64,000 bases of DNA, from the NCBI GenBank assembly GCA_051313645.2, contig JBNRSN020000005.1, positions 123,008,001-123,072,000 on the forward strand, written 5' to 3'. The stretch is from Centroscyllium fabricii. Its lineage: Eukaryota. Position 1 is the first letter of the stretch. Each line of letters starts with the position of its first letter. Under the pieces are notes generated by a model, which was not told the DNA's origin, made no database searches, and saw only the letters and a program-made list of their open reading frames with translations. Below, in pieces: positions 23,901-37,100 of the stretch. A program made the position numbers and the translations under genes.

Positions 23901-25509
23901 GGCTTAAAACTGCTGGCTGCAAACAATGAGGGGGGGAGGGCTAGCCCGAGCAGAACGGCAGCGCAGAGGTTGTGGAAGGACAAAGAGTTTAAAATTACTA
24001 TAAACCGTGCCCCGCACTAACAATGTAACGATGCAGTAGCCACCGACATCCACTGTTTGAGACTTAGAGTCCAGGGAGATCCGCTGGCGTGCCGGAAGGA
24101 ACGAGGGTGAAAGCCTCCATACATGTGTCGGGGTGAATAAAGCTTTCAGTGCTCCCTGAGTCAAAAAGGCAGTTTGTGTTGTGTCCGTTTACCTGGATGT
24201 CCATCGTGGACCTGGCGAGCTGGTGAGGCCTGGACTGATCCAGGGTAATGGAGGCCAGTTGAGGCAGTAAAAAATCGGGGTCCTCAGGTGTGGAAGCGGG
24301 GGAAGCGGGCGCGGACGCGGACGCGGTCGGCGAATTCCATGAATCACACGCGTCTGGGGGAGATCCAATATGGCCGCCCCCTAGATCCCCATGCAGCCGT
24401 CCAAGATGGCCGCTCGACCGGACCACATGCGGCGTTGCTGGGGCTAGGGGAGGGTTCTGCATTGCAAACACTGGCATAGTGCCCCTTCTTTTTGCAGCTA
24501 GAGCACGTTGCATCTTTCGCCGGGCAGCACTGCATGGGGTGCTTAGGTTGGCCACAGAAATAGCACTTCTGCGCATGGGACACCGCTGCAGACGTTAGCG
24601 GGGGCAGCGCGCCGCTGGGGGGCGATCCTACCATTCAAGATGACTGCGCCCGCGCCATCCATGAGGTGGCCGCCTGGTCCGATGAGTAGGACTCCATATT
24701 CCTGTGCGCCACGTCCAGCGAGAGCGCGAGGGCTGAGGCTTTTTTTTAAATCGAGGTCACTCTGCTCGAGCAGCCTCTGACGGGTGTTGCTCGATTTGAT
24801 ACCCACAATGAAGGCATCGCGTATCAGGTCCTCCACGCACTCCTGGGCTGTTACCGGCATGCCGCTGCAGGCTCGTCCGAGTATTCGCAACGCCTGAAGG
24901 TAGTCCGCTGTAGATTTACCGGTCTGTTGTCTGCGGCATAGCAGGAGGTGTCTAGTGTAGACCTCGTTAACCGGGGTAGCGAACTGATCTTTAAGGAGTC
25001 TAAGGGCGTCCTCGTAAGAGGTCTTGTCTTCGATCAGCGTGTAGATATGATGGCTTACCCGGGATTGCAGGACCGTCAGCTTCTGTTCATCCGAGGCAAC
25101 GGTGGCACTGGAGGCTGCTAAAAAGAGTTCAAAGCACTTCAGCCAGTGCGCAAACCTTCGCGGTGCATCCACCGCCTGCGGGTCTAACTCCAGGCGATCG
25201 GGTCTTAATATTTTATCCATCGCTAAAACAATTTTTGTTAATAAAATTGATGCACAATCAATTACAGCTAATCGACAGAATTAGGTAATCAAGGCTTTTA
25301 TTAACAAAAGAACTGAAGTACAGGTCTCAACACTATCTGGTCCTGGAATGTCAAGGGTCAGCAGGGCTGCCACCTTTATACCACAGCCTGTGGGTGGAGC
25401 CTGGGGGTGGAGCCGCCAGAGACATCCCAGGTAGATACAGTGGGACAAGAGGTAACTATATACAGCACAGTATAACAGTGGTGGTAAACAGTATTACTGG
25501 TTTACCACA
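20929..25509 (-). mobile_element. Gypsy element B: degenerate gag-pol with 5' LTR 25248-25509 and truncated 3' LTR 20929-21010
   Basis: Gag starts at 25220. Protease LFDSGS, RT FPYLDNV, RNase H ESDASD, and integrase HNDLCH..CQVC / VDFKG / HSDRG / QVERE. PPT aaggggtgaa at 21011-21020. Multiple frameshifts. Confidence 0.95.
21060..21460 (-). mobile_element. Full-length HE1/V-SINE inserted in the 3' region of element B
   Basis: tRNA head, V-domain and CR1-type tail in reverse orientation. Confidence 0.85.
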
Positions 25510-25609
25510 CCCTTATCTGTGCCTTTATCACCTCCAGACTGGCCTGGGGTCAAATATCATAAGTGCTAATAAGTGAGCCGGTACTGCCAATGGACGCATG
25601 CCTCAGCAT

Positions 25610-28005
25610 GAACATAGGAACATAAGAAATAGGAACAGGAGTAGGCCACTTGGCCCCTCGAGCCTGCTGCGCCATTCAATAGGATTATGGCCGATCATCA
25701 ACCTCAACTCCACTTTCCTGCCTGATCTCCATATCCCTTGATTCCACTAGAGTCCAAAAATCTATCTATCTCAGCCTTGAATATACTCAAAGGCCCAGCA
25801 TTCACAGCCCTCTGGAGCAGAGAATTCCAAAGATTCACAGCCCTCTTAGTGAAGAAATTCCTCCTCATCTCGGTCTTAAATGGCCTACCCCTTATCCTGA
25901 GACTATGCCCCCTAGTTCTAGACACTCCAGCCAGGGGAAACAACCTCTCGGCATCTACCCTGTCAATCCCCTTCAGAATCGTGTATGTTTCAATGAGATC
26001 ACCTCTCATTCTTCTAAACTCCAGAGAGTATAGGCCCATTCTACACAATCTCTCATCATAGGACAGCCCTCTCATCCCAGGAATCAATCCAGTGAACCTT
26101 TGTTGCACCGCCTCCAAGGCAGGTACAGGTTGAGCACCAAAAATCCGTGACCCGAAACGCCGGCAGCTTCAGTCTGCCGGAACAAATTGCCCCGACTGCA
26201 CTGCGCATGCGCAAAATGTCAGCCGCGATCGCGGCTTCGGCGAATGATCTGCGCATGCGCCGCCGAACGGCGAGCGCATGCGCAGATCATTTAAAATGGC
26301 AGCCGGGTGTTTTGAATGATCTGCGCATGCGTCGCCGGACGGCTAGCGCATGCGCAGATCATTCAAAACGGCCACCGGACGAGCCGGGCCTTCCGTGGCG
26401 TCAGGGCGCGGCAGCTCGCGCCGCGTTTTGAATGTATGAGTCCCGAGCGCCCGCCAAGGTGAAGCGCGCGGTTTCCCGGAGCAGCCTGCAGGCCGTCATC
26501 AGGAGGCAGCTGAGACTCCACGAAGACGTTCGGCGGCCATTTTCAAGGTTGTGCGCATGCGCGCGGCCATTTTGCATGGTGCGCGCATGCGCACTGACCA
26601 ACTTCATTCTGCCGGTTTTTTCACTTTCCCGGCACGGGCCTGGTCCTGCCCATGCCGGATTTCCAGGGCTCAACCTGTATATCCTTTGGAGACCAAAACT
26701 GTGCACAGTACTCCAGGTGTGGTCTCACCAAGGCCCTGTACAATTGTAGCAAGACTTCCTTACTCTTATATTCCAATCCCTTTGCAATAAAGGCCATCAT
26801 GCCATTTGCCTTCCTTATTGCTCGCTGTACCTGCATGCTAGCTTTCTGTGTATCTTGCACAAGGACACCAACATTTCTCTGAACACCAACATTTGAAAGT
26901 TTCTCACCATTTATAAAATATTCTGTTTTTCTATTCTTCCTAACAAGGTGAATAACCTCACATTCCCCTACATTATACTCCATCTGCCACCTTACTGCCC
27001 ACTCTCTTAGTCTATCTATATCCCTTTGTAGACTCGAGGGGCACTGATCCTTGCGGCACCCCAGCAGTTACAGCCTGCCAAACTGAAAAAAACCTGTTTA
27101 TCCCTACTCTCTGTTTTCTGTCCATGAACCAATTCTCTATCCATGCTATTATATTACCCCCAACCCCATGAGCCCTAATCTTGTGCAATAACCTTTTATG
27201 TGGCACCTTGTCGAATGCCTTTTGGAAATCCAACTGGTTCCCCTTTATCTACAATTCTAGTTACATCCTCAAAGAACTCTAATAAATTTGTCAAACATGA
27301 TTCCCCTTTCATAACACCATGTTGTCTCTGCCTAACCATGTTATGATTTTCTAAGTGCACTGATAGCCACTTCTTTAACAATGGATTCTAGCATTTTCCT
27401 AATGACAGATGTCAGCCTAACTGGCCTGTAGTTCCCTGTTTTCTCTCTCCCTCCTTTTTCAATAGCAGGGTTACATTTGCGACTTTCCAATCTGCTGGGA
27501 CCATTCTGGAATCTAGGACATTTTGGAAGATCAAAACCAATGCATCCACTATCACTTCAGCCACCTCTTTTAGAATCTTAGCATGTAGACTGTCAGATCC
27601 AGGGGAATTGTTGGCTTTTAGTCCCATTAGTTTCACTAGTTCTTTTTCTCCAATTATATTAATTACATTAAGTTCCTCACCCTCATTAGACCCTTGGTTC
27701 CCCACCATTTTTGATATGCTTTTTGTGTCTTCTTCAAAATATTTGCTTAGCGTTTCTGCCATTTCCTTATTCCCCATAATCATTTCTCCTGTCTCACTCT
27801 CTAAGGGACTAACGTTTACTTTTGCTACTCTTCTACATACTTGTAGAAACTCTTACAATCTGCATTTATATTTCTTGCTAGATTTTTCTCATATTCTATT
27901 TTTCCCCTTTTTATCAATTTTTAGTCAACCTTTGCTGGTTTGTGAAACTCTCCCAATCCTCGGGCTTACTATTATTCTTCAGAACATTATAAGCTTCTTC
28001 TTTTA
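25610..28005 (-). mobile_element. 5'-truncated CR1 LINE
   Basis: DFQKAFDKVPH, GVPQGSV, LYRALVRPHLEYC and RRMRGDLIETY, with a 3' tail near 25610. Confidence 0.9.
26126..26677. mobile_element. pogo/Tigger-like MITE with TA TSD
   Basis: TA-caggttgagc ... gctcaacctg-TA. It interrupts a CR1. Confidence 0.85.
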
Positions 28006-30122
28006 ATTAAGAGGGGGGATATAGAGTATGAGAGTAAGCTTGCAGGGAGCATAAATACTGACTGTAAAAGCTTTTATAGATATGTGAAGAGAAAAAGATT
28101 GGTGAAGTCAAGTGTAGGTCCCTTTCAATCAGAATCAGAGGAATTTATAATGGGTAACAAAGAAATGGTTCTGTCTTCACAAAGGAGGACACAAACAACC
28201 TCCCGGAGATGTCAAGGAACATGGAGTCTAATGAGAGGGAGGAACTGATGGAAATCAGTATTTGTAGGGAAATGGTGTTAGAGAAATTGACGGGATTGAA
28301 GGCCGATAAATCCCCAGGGCCTGATAATCTACATCCTAGGGTACTTAAGGAAGTGGCCCTAGAAATAGTAGATGCATTGCTGGACATCTTCCAAAATTCT
28401 ATAGACTCTGGAACACTACCCATGGATTGGAGGGTAGCTAATGTTACCCCACTATTCAAAAAAGCTGGTAGAGAGAAAACTGGGAATTAAAGACCGGTAA
28501 GACTGATATCGGTAGGCAGACAGAAAGCAAAGAGTTGGAATAAACGGCTCTTTTTCTGAATGGCAGGCAATATATATTAATGATCTAGATGAGGGAACTA
28601 GATGTAATATCTTCAAGTTTGCAGATGACACAAAACTGGGTGGGCGTGTATGCTGTGAGGAGGATGCTGAGAAACTCCAGTGTGATTTGGACAGGTAAGG
28701 TGATTGGGCAGAAGCATGGCAGATGCAATATAATGTGGATAAATGCAAGGTTATCTACTTTGGTGTCAAAAACAAGAAGGCAGATTATTATCTGAATGGC
28801 AATAGATTAGGAGAAGGGGAGTGTAATGAGACCTTGGCATCCTTGTGCACCAGTCGCTGAAGGTAAGCATGCAGGTGCAGCAGGCGGTGAAGAAGGCAAA
28901 TGGTATGTTGACCTTCGTAGCGAGAGGGTTTGAGTACAAGAACAAGGATGTCTTGCTGCAGTTGTACAGGGCCTTGGTGAGACCACATCTTGAGTATTGT
29001 GTACAGTTTTGGTCACCTTATCTAAGGAAGGATGTTTTTGCCATGGAAGGAGTGCAGCGAAGATTAACCAGGCTGATACCTGGGATGGCAGGAATGATGT
29101 ATGAGGAGAGATTGGGTCGATTGGGCTTGTACTCATTGGAGTTTAGAAGAATGAGAGGGGATCTCATTGAAACTTATAAAATTCTAGCAGGACTGGACAG
29201 ACTAGATTCAGGAAGGATGTTCCCAATGGTGGGGGAGTCCAGAACCAGAGGTCACAGTCTAAGGATAAGGGGTAAGCCATTTAGAACAGAGATGAGGAGG
29301 AATTTCTTCTCCCATAGAGTGGTGAACCTGTGGAATTCTCTACCATAGAAGGCAGTAGAGGCCAATTCATTAAATATATTCAAGAAGGAGTTGGATATGA
29401 GGAGAGGTTGAGTAGATTGGGACTCTACTCATTGGAGTAAAGAAGAATGAGGGGAGATCTTATTGAAACATATAAGATTGTGAAGGGGTTGGATCAGGTG
29501 GATGCGGGGAAGATGTTCCCAATGATGGGTGAAACTGGAACTAGGGGGCATAAACATAGAATAAGGGGCTGCTCTTTCAAAACTGAGATGAGGAGAAACT
29601 ACTTCACTCAGAGGGTAGTAGGTCCATGGAACATGCTGCCCCAAAAAGCTGTAGAAGCTACTTCATTACATAAATTTAAAACAGAAATAGACAGTTTCCT
29701 AGTAGTAAAAGGGATTAAAGGTTACGGGGAGCGGGCAGGAACTTGGATATGAGTCTAAGTTCAGATCGGTCATTGCCCTGTGGGTAGTGGAGTGGGCCTG
29801 GTCCTGCTCCTATTTCCTGTGTCAAATTCTGTTAGATGCAGGTGATGCTTCTGTGATAGTAGGTTGGTTGTTAGGATCAGATCAGCCATGGTCTTATTGA
29901 ATGGCGGGGCAGGCTCGAAGGGCCGATTGGCCTACTCCTGCTCCTATTTCTGATGTTCTTATATATTTCTTAAGGCTAAAGGTTTCAAGGGATATGGGGA
30001 GAAGGCAGGGACAGGGTACTAAAATTGAATGATCAGCCATGATCGCATTGAATGGCAGAGCAGGCTCGAGGGGCCGAATGGCCTACTCTTGCTCCTATCT
30101 TCTATGTTTCTATTGTTTCTAT
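28006..30122 (+). mobile_element. CR1 fragment with a second CR1 3' end nested at about 29400-29960
   Basis: KSPGPDNLHPRVLKE, KFADD and LYRALVRPHLEYC. Two consecutive CR1 3' tails. Confidence 0.85.
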
Positions 30123-30124
30123 GA

Positions 30125-30770
30125 TGCCATGATCGATTTTCCCATCCTCCCTGCAGTCCTACTCCTCATCCATACAGGTAGCAAGTACCTCGTACTTGTT
30201 GGACGAGTTCCAGGGCTGAGGCTCCTCCATCAGTACATCCTGGGTCCCTATACCTTCCTGACTCGCAGTCACACCCGCCTGTCCCTGACCACTGACGAAC
30301 TCTAAAGCGCTACTTAACCTAAAGGGTGTAACTGCCTCCTGGAACAAAGTGTCCAGGTAACTCTCCCCTCCCTGATGCCTCGCAATGTCTGCAGCTCGTA
30401 TTCCAGCTCAACAATTCTGAGCCGAAGTTCCTCACGTTGCAGAGACTTACTACAGATGTGGTTGCTCGGGATCACGATGCTCTCCACAGACTCCCACATG
30501 CTGCAGTTACGACACACCACCTGCCCTGCCATCTCTAACCTGGTTTGATTTATTAATTAATTAGTTAAAGCTTTTATTCAATCGATATTTTAGTTTTATT
30601 GTTAGATTATTTTATCTAGTTTAAGTTATTAATTTAATAAGTACAAAAAGTTAGTTTCTCAACTATTAATGTAACCCTCTTCCCTAACTTAGAGAGCAAA
30701 AAAAATTGTAATACTCACCAACCAATCACCTACCTGCTCCCCTGTGACATCACTCTGATGTTTGTTGTTG
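30125..30770 (-). mobile_element. CR1 5' region (5' UTR and ORF1 N-terminus)
   Basis: MAGQVVCRNCSMWE...HICSK..LRLRIVELEYELQTL, a zinc finger plus coiled coil, followed by SNKYEVL. Confidence 0.75.
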
Positions 30771-30789
30771 TTTTTGCCTCAGATCCTCA

Positions 30790-33700
30790 CCACTACCGCT
30801 GCTTTAATTCAGGTCCGCTCTCGGGCCGCTCTCTATCCTCTCTCCACTGCCACTGCTTTAATTCGGGTCTGCTCTTGGGCTGTTCTTTATCCTCTCGCCG
30901 CTGCCGCTGCTTTAATTCAGGTCCGCTCTTGGGCAGCACTTTATACTTTCATTGCTGCCGCTGCTTTAATTCAGGTCTGCTCTCGGGCCGCTCTTTATCC
31001 TCTCGCTGCTGTCGCTGCTTTAATTCAGGTCTACTCTCGGGCCGCTCTTTATCCTCTCGCTGCTGTCGCTGCTTTAATTCAGGTCCGCTCTTGGGCCGCT
31101 CTTTATCCTCTCTCCACTGTTGCTGCTTTAATTCAGGTCCGCTCTCGGGCCACTCTTTATCCTCTCTCCACTGTCGCTGCTTTAATTCAAGTCCGCTCTC
31201 GGGCCGCTCATTATCCTCTCTCCACTGTCGCTGCTTTAATTCAGGTCTACTCTCGGGCCGCTCTTTATCCTTTCTCCACTGTCGCTGCTTTAATTCAAGT
31301 CTACTCTCGGGCTGCTCTTTAGCCTCTCGCCACTGCTTTAATTCAGGTCCACTCTTGGGCCGCTCTTTATCCTCTCGCCGCTGCCGCTGCTTTAATTTAG
31401 GTCCGCTCTCAGGCCGCTCTTTATCCTCTCTCCACTCTCACTGCTTTAATTAAGGTCCACTCTCGGGCCGCTCTTTATCCTCTTGCCGCTGCCACTGCTT
31501 TAATTCAGGTCCGCTCTAGGACCGCTCTTTATCGTCTCTCTGCTGTCACTGCTTTAATTCAGGTCCGCTGTTAGGCCGCTCTTTATCCTCTCGCCGCTAC
31601 CGCTGCTTTAATTTAGGTCCGCTCTCAGGCCGCTCTTTATCGTCTCTCCACTATCACTGCTTTAATTAAGGTCCGCTCTCGGGCCGCTCTTTATCCTCTC
31701 GCCGCTGCCGCTGCTTTAATTCAGGTCCGCTCTAGGACCGCTCTTTATCTTCTCTCTGCTGTCACTGTTTTAATTCAGGTCTACTCTCGGGCCGCTCTTT
31801 ATCCTCTCGCCGCTGCCGCTGCTTTAATTCAGGTCAACTCTCGGGCCGCTCTTTATCCTCTCGCCGCTGCCGCTGCTTTAATTCAGGTCTACTCTCGGGC
31901 CGCTCTTTATCCTCTCGTCACTGCCGTTGCTTTAATTCAGGTCCGCTCTTGGGCCGCTCTTTATCCTCTCGCCGCTGCTTTAATTCAGGTCCACTCTCGG
32001 GCCACTCTTTATCCTCTCGCCGCTGCCGCTGCTTTAATTCAGGTCCGCTCTAGGACCGCCCTTTATCCTCTCTCCACTGCCGCTGCTTTAATTCAAGTCC
32101 GCTCTCGGGCTACTCTTTATCCTCTCGCCGCTGCCGCTGCTTTAATTCAAGTCCACTCTCGGGCTGCTCTTTATCCTCTCGCCGCTGCTTTAATTCAGGT
32201 CCGCTCTTTATCCTCTCGCCGCTGCCACTGCCGCTGCTTTAATTCAGGTCCGCTCTTTAACCTCTCGCCGCTGCCGCTGCCGCTGCTTTAATTCAGGTCC
32301 ACTCTTTATCCTCTCGCTGCTGCCGCTGCCGCTGCTTTAATTCAGGTCCGCTCTCGGGCCGCTCTTTATCCTCTCGCTGCTGCCGCTGCCGCTGCTTTAA
32401 TTCAGGTCCACTCTTGGGCCGCTCTTTATCCTCTCGCCGCTGCCGCTGCTTTAATTCAGGTCCACTCTTTATCCTCTCGCTGCTGCCGCTGCCGCTGCTT
32501 TAATTCAGGTCCGCTCTCGGGCCGCTCTTTATCCTCTCGCCGCTGCTTTAATTCAGGTCCACTCTCGGATCACTCTTTATCCTCTCGCCGCTGCCGCTGC
32601 TGCTGCTTTAATTCAGGTCCACTCTCGGGCCACTCTTTATCCTCTCTCCGCTGCCGCTGCTTTAATTCAGGTCCACTCTCGGGCCGCTCTTTATCCTCTC
32701 GCCGCTGCCGCTGCTTTAATTCAGGTCCACTCTCGGACCACTCTTTATCCTCTCGCCGCTGCCGCTGCTTTAATTCAGGTCCACTCTCGGGCCACTCTTT
32801 ATCCTCTCTCCGCTGCCGCTGCTTTAATTCAGGTCCGCTCTCAGGCCGCTCTTTAGCCTCTCGCCGCTGCTTTAATTCAGGTCTACTCTCGGGCCGCTCT
32901 TTATCCTCTCGCCGCTGCCGCTGCTTTAATTCAGGTCCACTCTTGGGCCGCTCTTTATCCTCTTGCCGCTGCCGCTGCTTTAATTCAGGTCCGCTCTAGG
33001 ACCGCTCTTTATCGTCTCTCTGCTGTCACTGCTTTAATTCAGGTCCGCTCTCAGGCTACTCTTTATCCTCTCGCCGCTGCCGCTGCTTTAATTCAAGTCC
33101 ACTCTCGGGCCGCTCTTTATCCTCTTGCCACTGCCGCTGCTTTAATTCAGGTCCGCTCTCAGGCTACTCTTTATCCTCTCGCCGCTGCCGCTGCTTTAAT
33201 TTAGGTCCACTCTCGGGCCACTCTTTATCCACTCTCCGCTGCCGCTGCTTTAATTCAAGTTCACTCTCGGACCGCTCTTTATCCACTCTCCGCTGCCGCT
33301 GCTTTAATTCAGGTCCACTCTCGGGCCGCTCTTTATCCTCTCGCTGCTGCCGCTGCCGCTGCTTTAATTCAGGTCCACTCTTGGGCCGCTCTTTATCCTC
33401 TCGCCGCTGCCGCTGCTTTAATTCAGGTCCACTCTTTATCCTCTCGCTGCTGCCGCTGCCGCTGCCACTGCTTTAATTCAGGTCCGCTCTCGGGCCGCTC
33501 TTCATCCTCTCGCCGCTGCTTTAATTCAGGTCCGCTCTCGGGCCGCTCTTTATCCTCTCGCCGCTGCCGCTGCTGCTGCTGCTGCTTTAATTCAGGTCCA
33601 CTCTCGGGCCACTCTTTATCCTCTCTCCGCTGCCGCTGCTTTAATTCAGGTCCACTCTCGGGCCGCTCTTTATCCTCTCGCTGCTGCCGCTGCCGCTGCT

Positions 33701-34158
33701 TTAATTCAGGTCCACTCTTGGGCCGCTCTTTATTCTCTCGCCGCTGCCGCTGCTTTAATTCAGGTCCACTCTTGGGCCGCTCTTTACCCTCTCGCCACTG
33801 CCGCTGCTTTAATTCAGGTCCACTCTTTATCCTCTCGCTGCTGCCGCTGCCGCTGCTTTAATTCAGGTCCGCTCTCGGGCCGCTCTTCATCCTCTCGCCG
33901 CTGCTTTAATTCAGGTCCGCTCTCGGGCTGCTCTTTATCCTCTCTCCGCTGCCGCTGCTGCTGCTTTAATTCAGGTCCACTCTCGGGCCACTCTTTATCC
34001 TCTCTCCACTGCCGCTGCTTTAATTCAGGTCCACTCTCGGACCACTCTTTATCCTCTCTCCACTGTCACTGCTTTAATTCAGGTCCGCTCTCGGGCCGCT
34101 CTTTAGCCTCTCGCCGCTGCTTTAATTCAGGTCTACTCTCAGACCGCTCTTTATCCTC
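30790..34158. repeat. Satellite array, about 54-bp unit (gctttaattcaggtccgctctcgggccgctctttatcctctcgccgctgccgct), left part
   Basis: About 60 tandem units with +/-6-bp gccgct slippage variants. Confidence 0.95.
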
Positions 34159-37100
34159 TGTAACCGTCAATAACGTCTTCGGAGTCGAATAGTAGGTTAT
34201 AATAATCAGGCTTTTATTAACTTCGTTGGAGATACACAACCGAGCTGACTGTCCCCAGAATGGCGCGGGGGATGGGGACAGTCCTTTATGTACCTCCTCC
34301 GGCGGGGGAGGAGTCATGGGCGGTGCCAGGTATCATACAGGTGTTACATGGTATTACAGTGCTATACAGGTGTTACATGGTATTACAGTGATATACAGTT
34401 TATCACATTCACCCCTTCTTTAAAAACTAAAGTACGGTGGGGTGAACAACTCGCGGGGGGGTACAAAAAGGGAAAAGAAAAACAACTAATTACACTGTGC
34501 TAAATAACGAAATATATACAATTAACGTTCTTTTGACTATATGTTCAGTCTTTCAGGCGGTTTCGTCGTCCGCGCTGATCTTCGTAGCGCTGGTGGTGCC
34601 TGTGGTGTTCGTTGTCGTTGAGTGGCTCGCCGTGCTGGCAGTGCCTGTGGTGTTCGTTGTCGTGGGGTGGCTGGTTGCGTCGTTTGTTCCTTTTCTGCTG
34701 GTTGGCCGGTGGTGGTTATGTCACTTCCGGGTGGCGGTGATGCCCTTATTTCGACAGCAGGGGGCGCGCTCTCTCTTTCGTCCTCTGGCTCTGGGGGGAG
34801 CGCATTGTGGATCCAGGCTTGGGGCTGGGTCGTGCTGCGCGCAGGTGCCTTGTGGACATACTGGGGTACTGGGCCCACGTGGCGGAGCTCGTACTTCGGC
34901 TTCGGTGGCTCGGGGGGGGTCACTGGGGTTTTTGGGAGCTCGGGCTGCCTGGCTGGGCTGGTTTTGGGGATCCCTGCTGGGGCTAGGTCCTTTATGGACA
35001 CGGTGTCCTCCCTCCCGTTGGGGTACGCTATGTACGCGTACTGGGGATTGGCGTGCAGGAGGTGGACCCGTTCGACTAGGGGGTCTGCTTTGTGTCCCCT
35101 CACATGCTTCCGCAGCAGAACCGGTCCCGGAGATAGCAGCCACGATGGTAGCGAGGTCCCGGAAGCTGACTTCCTGGGGAAGGCAAAAAGTCTTTCGTGA
35201 GGGGTGGTGTTAGTGGCAGTACACAATAGGGACCGGATAGAGTGGAGTGCTTCAGGGAGAACGTCCTGCCATCGGGTGACTGGGAGGTCTTTTGACTTTA
35301 GGGCTAACTGGATGGCCTTCCAAACCGTGGCGTTCTCTCTCTCTACCTGCCCGTTCCCCCGGGGGTTGTAGCTGGTGGTCCTGCTGGTTGCAATACCTTT
35401 CGCCAGCAGGTACTGACGCAGCTCGTCGCTCATAAAAGAGGCCCCCCGGTCACTGTGGATATAGTTCGGGTACCCGAACAGGGAGAAGATGCTACCGAGG
35501 GCTTTGATAACAGTGGCGGAGGTCATGTCCTGGCAGGGGATGGCGAAAGGGAAACGGGAGTACTCATCTATAACGTTGAGGAAATAGACGTTCCTGTTGG
35601 CTGAGGGAAGGGGCCCTTTAAAATCGACACTGAGTCGTTCAAAGGGGCGAGTGGCCTTGATTAGGTGCGCCCGGTCTGGCCGGTAGAAGTGCGGCTTGCA
35701 CTCCGCGCAGACCTGGCAGTTGCTAGTCATGGTCTTGACTTCTTCGATGGAGTAGGGGAGGTTGCGGGACTTCACGAAGTGAACCAACCTAGTGACCCCC
35801 GGGTGGCAGAGGTCGTTGTGAAGGGTTTGGAGACGGTCAGCCTGTGCGCTGGCACAGGTACCGCGGGATAGGGCATCTGGGGGTTCGTTAAATTTCCCGG
35901 GCCGATACAAAATATCATAATTGAACGCTGATAGTTCAATTCTCCACCTTAATATTTTGTCGTTCTTAATCTTACCCCGCTCTTTGTTGTTGAACATAAA
36001 AGCGACTGAGCGTTGGTCAGTCAACAGGGTAAAACGCTTTCCGGCCAGGTAGTGCTTCCAGTGCCGCACTGCTTCAACAATTGCTTGGGCCTCCTTTTCG
36101 ATTGAGGAATGGCGGGTTTCTGGGCCTTGGAGGGTACGTGAAAAGAAGGCCACGGGTCTGCCCGCCTGGTTAAGGGTGGCGGCCAGTGCAAAGTCAGATG
36201 CATCACTTTCCACTTGGAATGGGACGGACTCATCCACAGCGTGCATCGTGGCTTTGGCTATGTCCTTTTTTATTCCGCAGAATGCCGAGTTGGCTTCTGC
36301 AGAAAGTGGGAAAGAGGTTGATTTTAATAGTGGGCGAGCTTTGTCCGCATAATTGGGGACCCACTGGGCATAATAAGCAAAAAATCCCAAAATCCGTTTA
36401 AGAGATTTGGGGGAGTGGGGGAGGGGAAGCTCCATGAGGGGGCGCATGCGGTCCGGGTCTGGACCGATGACTCCATTTTCCACCACGTTGCCGAGGATGG
36501 CGAGGCGACCGGTGTTAAACACACATTTCTCCTTATTATACGTGAGGTTCAGGGTTTTGGCGGTGTGGAGAAATTTTTGGAGATTGGCGTCATGGTCCTG
36601 CTGGTCATGGCCGCAGATGGTCACATTATCGAGGTACGGGAAGGTCGCTCGCAGCCTGTACCGATCGACCATTCGGTCCATCTCCCTTTGGAAGACCGAG
36701 ACCCCGTTCGTGACTCCGAACGGCACCCTAAGGAAGTGGTAGAGGCGGCCGTCAGCCTCGAAAGCAGTATAGAGACGGTCCTGTGAGCGGATGGGGAGCT
36801 GGTGATAAGCAGATTTTAAATCGATGGTTGAGAACACTTTAAATTGGGCGATTTGGTTTACCATGTCCGCTATCCGGGGGAGGGGGTAGGCATCTAGTTG
36901 GGTGAACCGGTTTATGGTCTGGCTGTAATCCACTACCATCCTATTCTTTTCCCCGGTTTTCACCACGACTACCTGTGCTCTCCAGGGGCTGTTGCTAGCC
37001 TCTATGACCCCTTCTTTTAGGAGGCGCTGCACCTCAGATTTTATAAATGCCCTGTCCCCAGCACTGTAGCGCCTACTCTTGGTGGCGACGGGCTTACAGT

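Noticed and set aside
30790-34158. CRISPR-like repeat-spacer appearance (constant gctttaattcaggtc)
   Set aside because: The intervening sequences are near-identical rather than unique spacers, there are no cas genes, and the context is eukaryotic.
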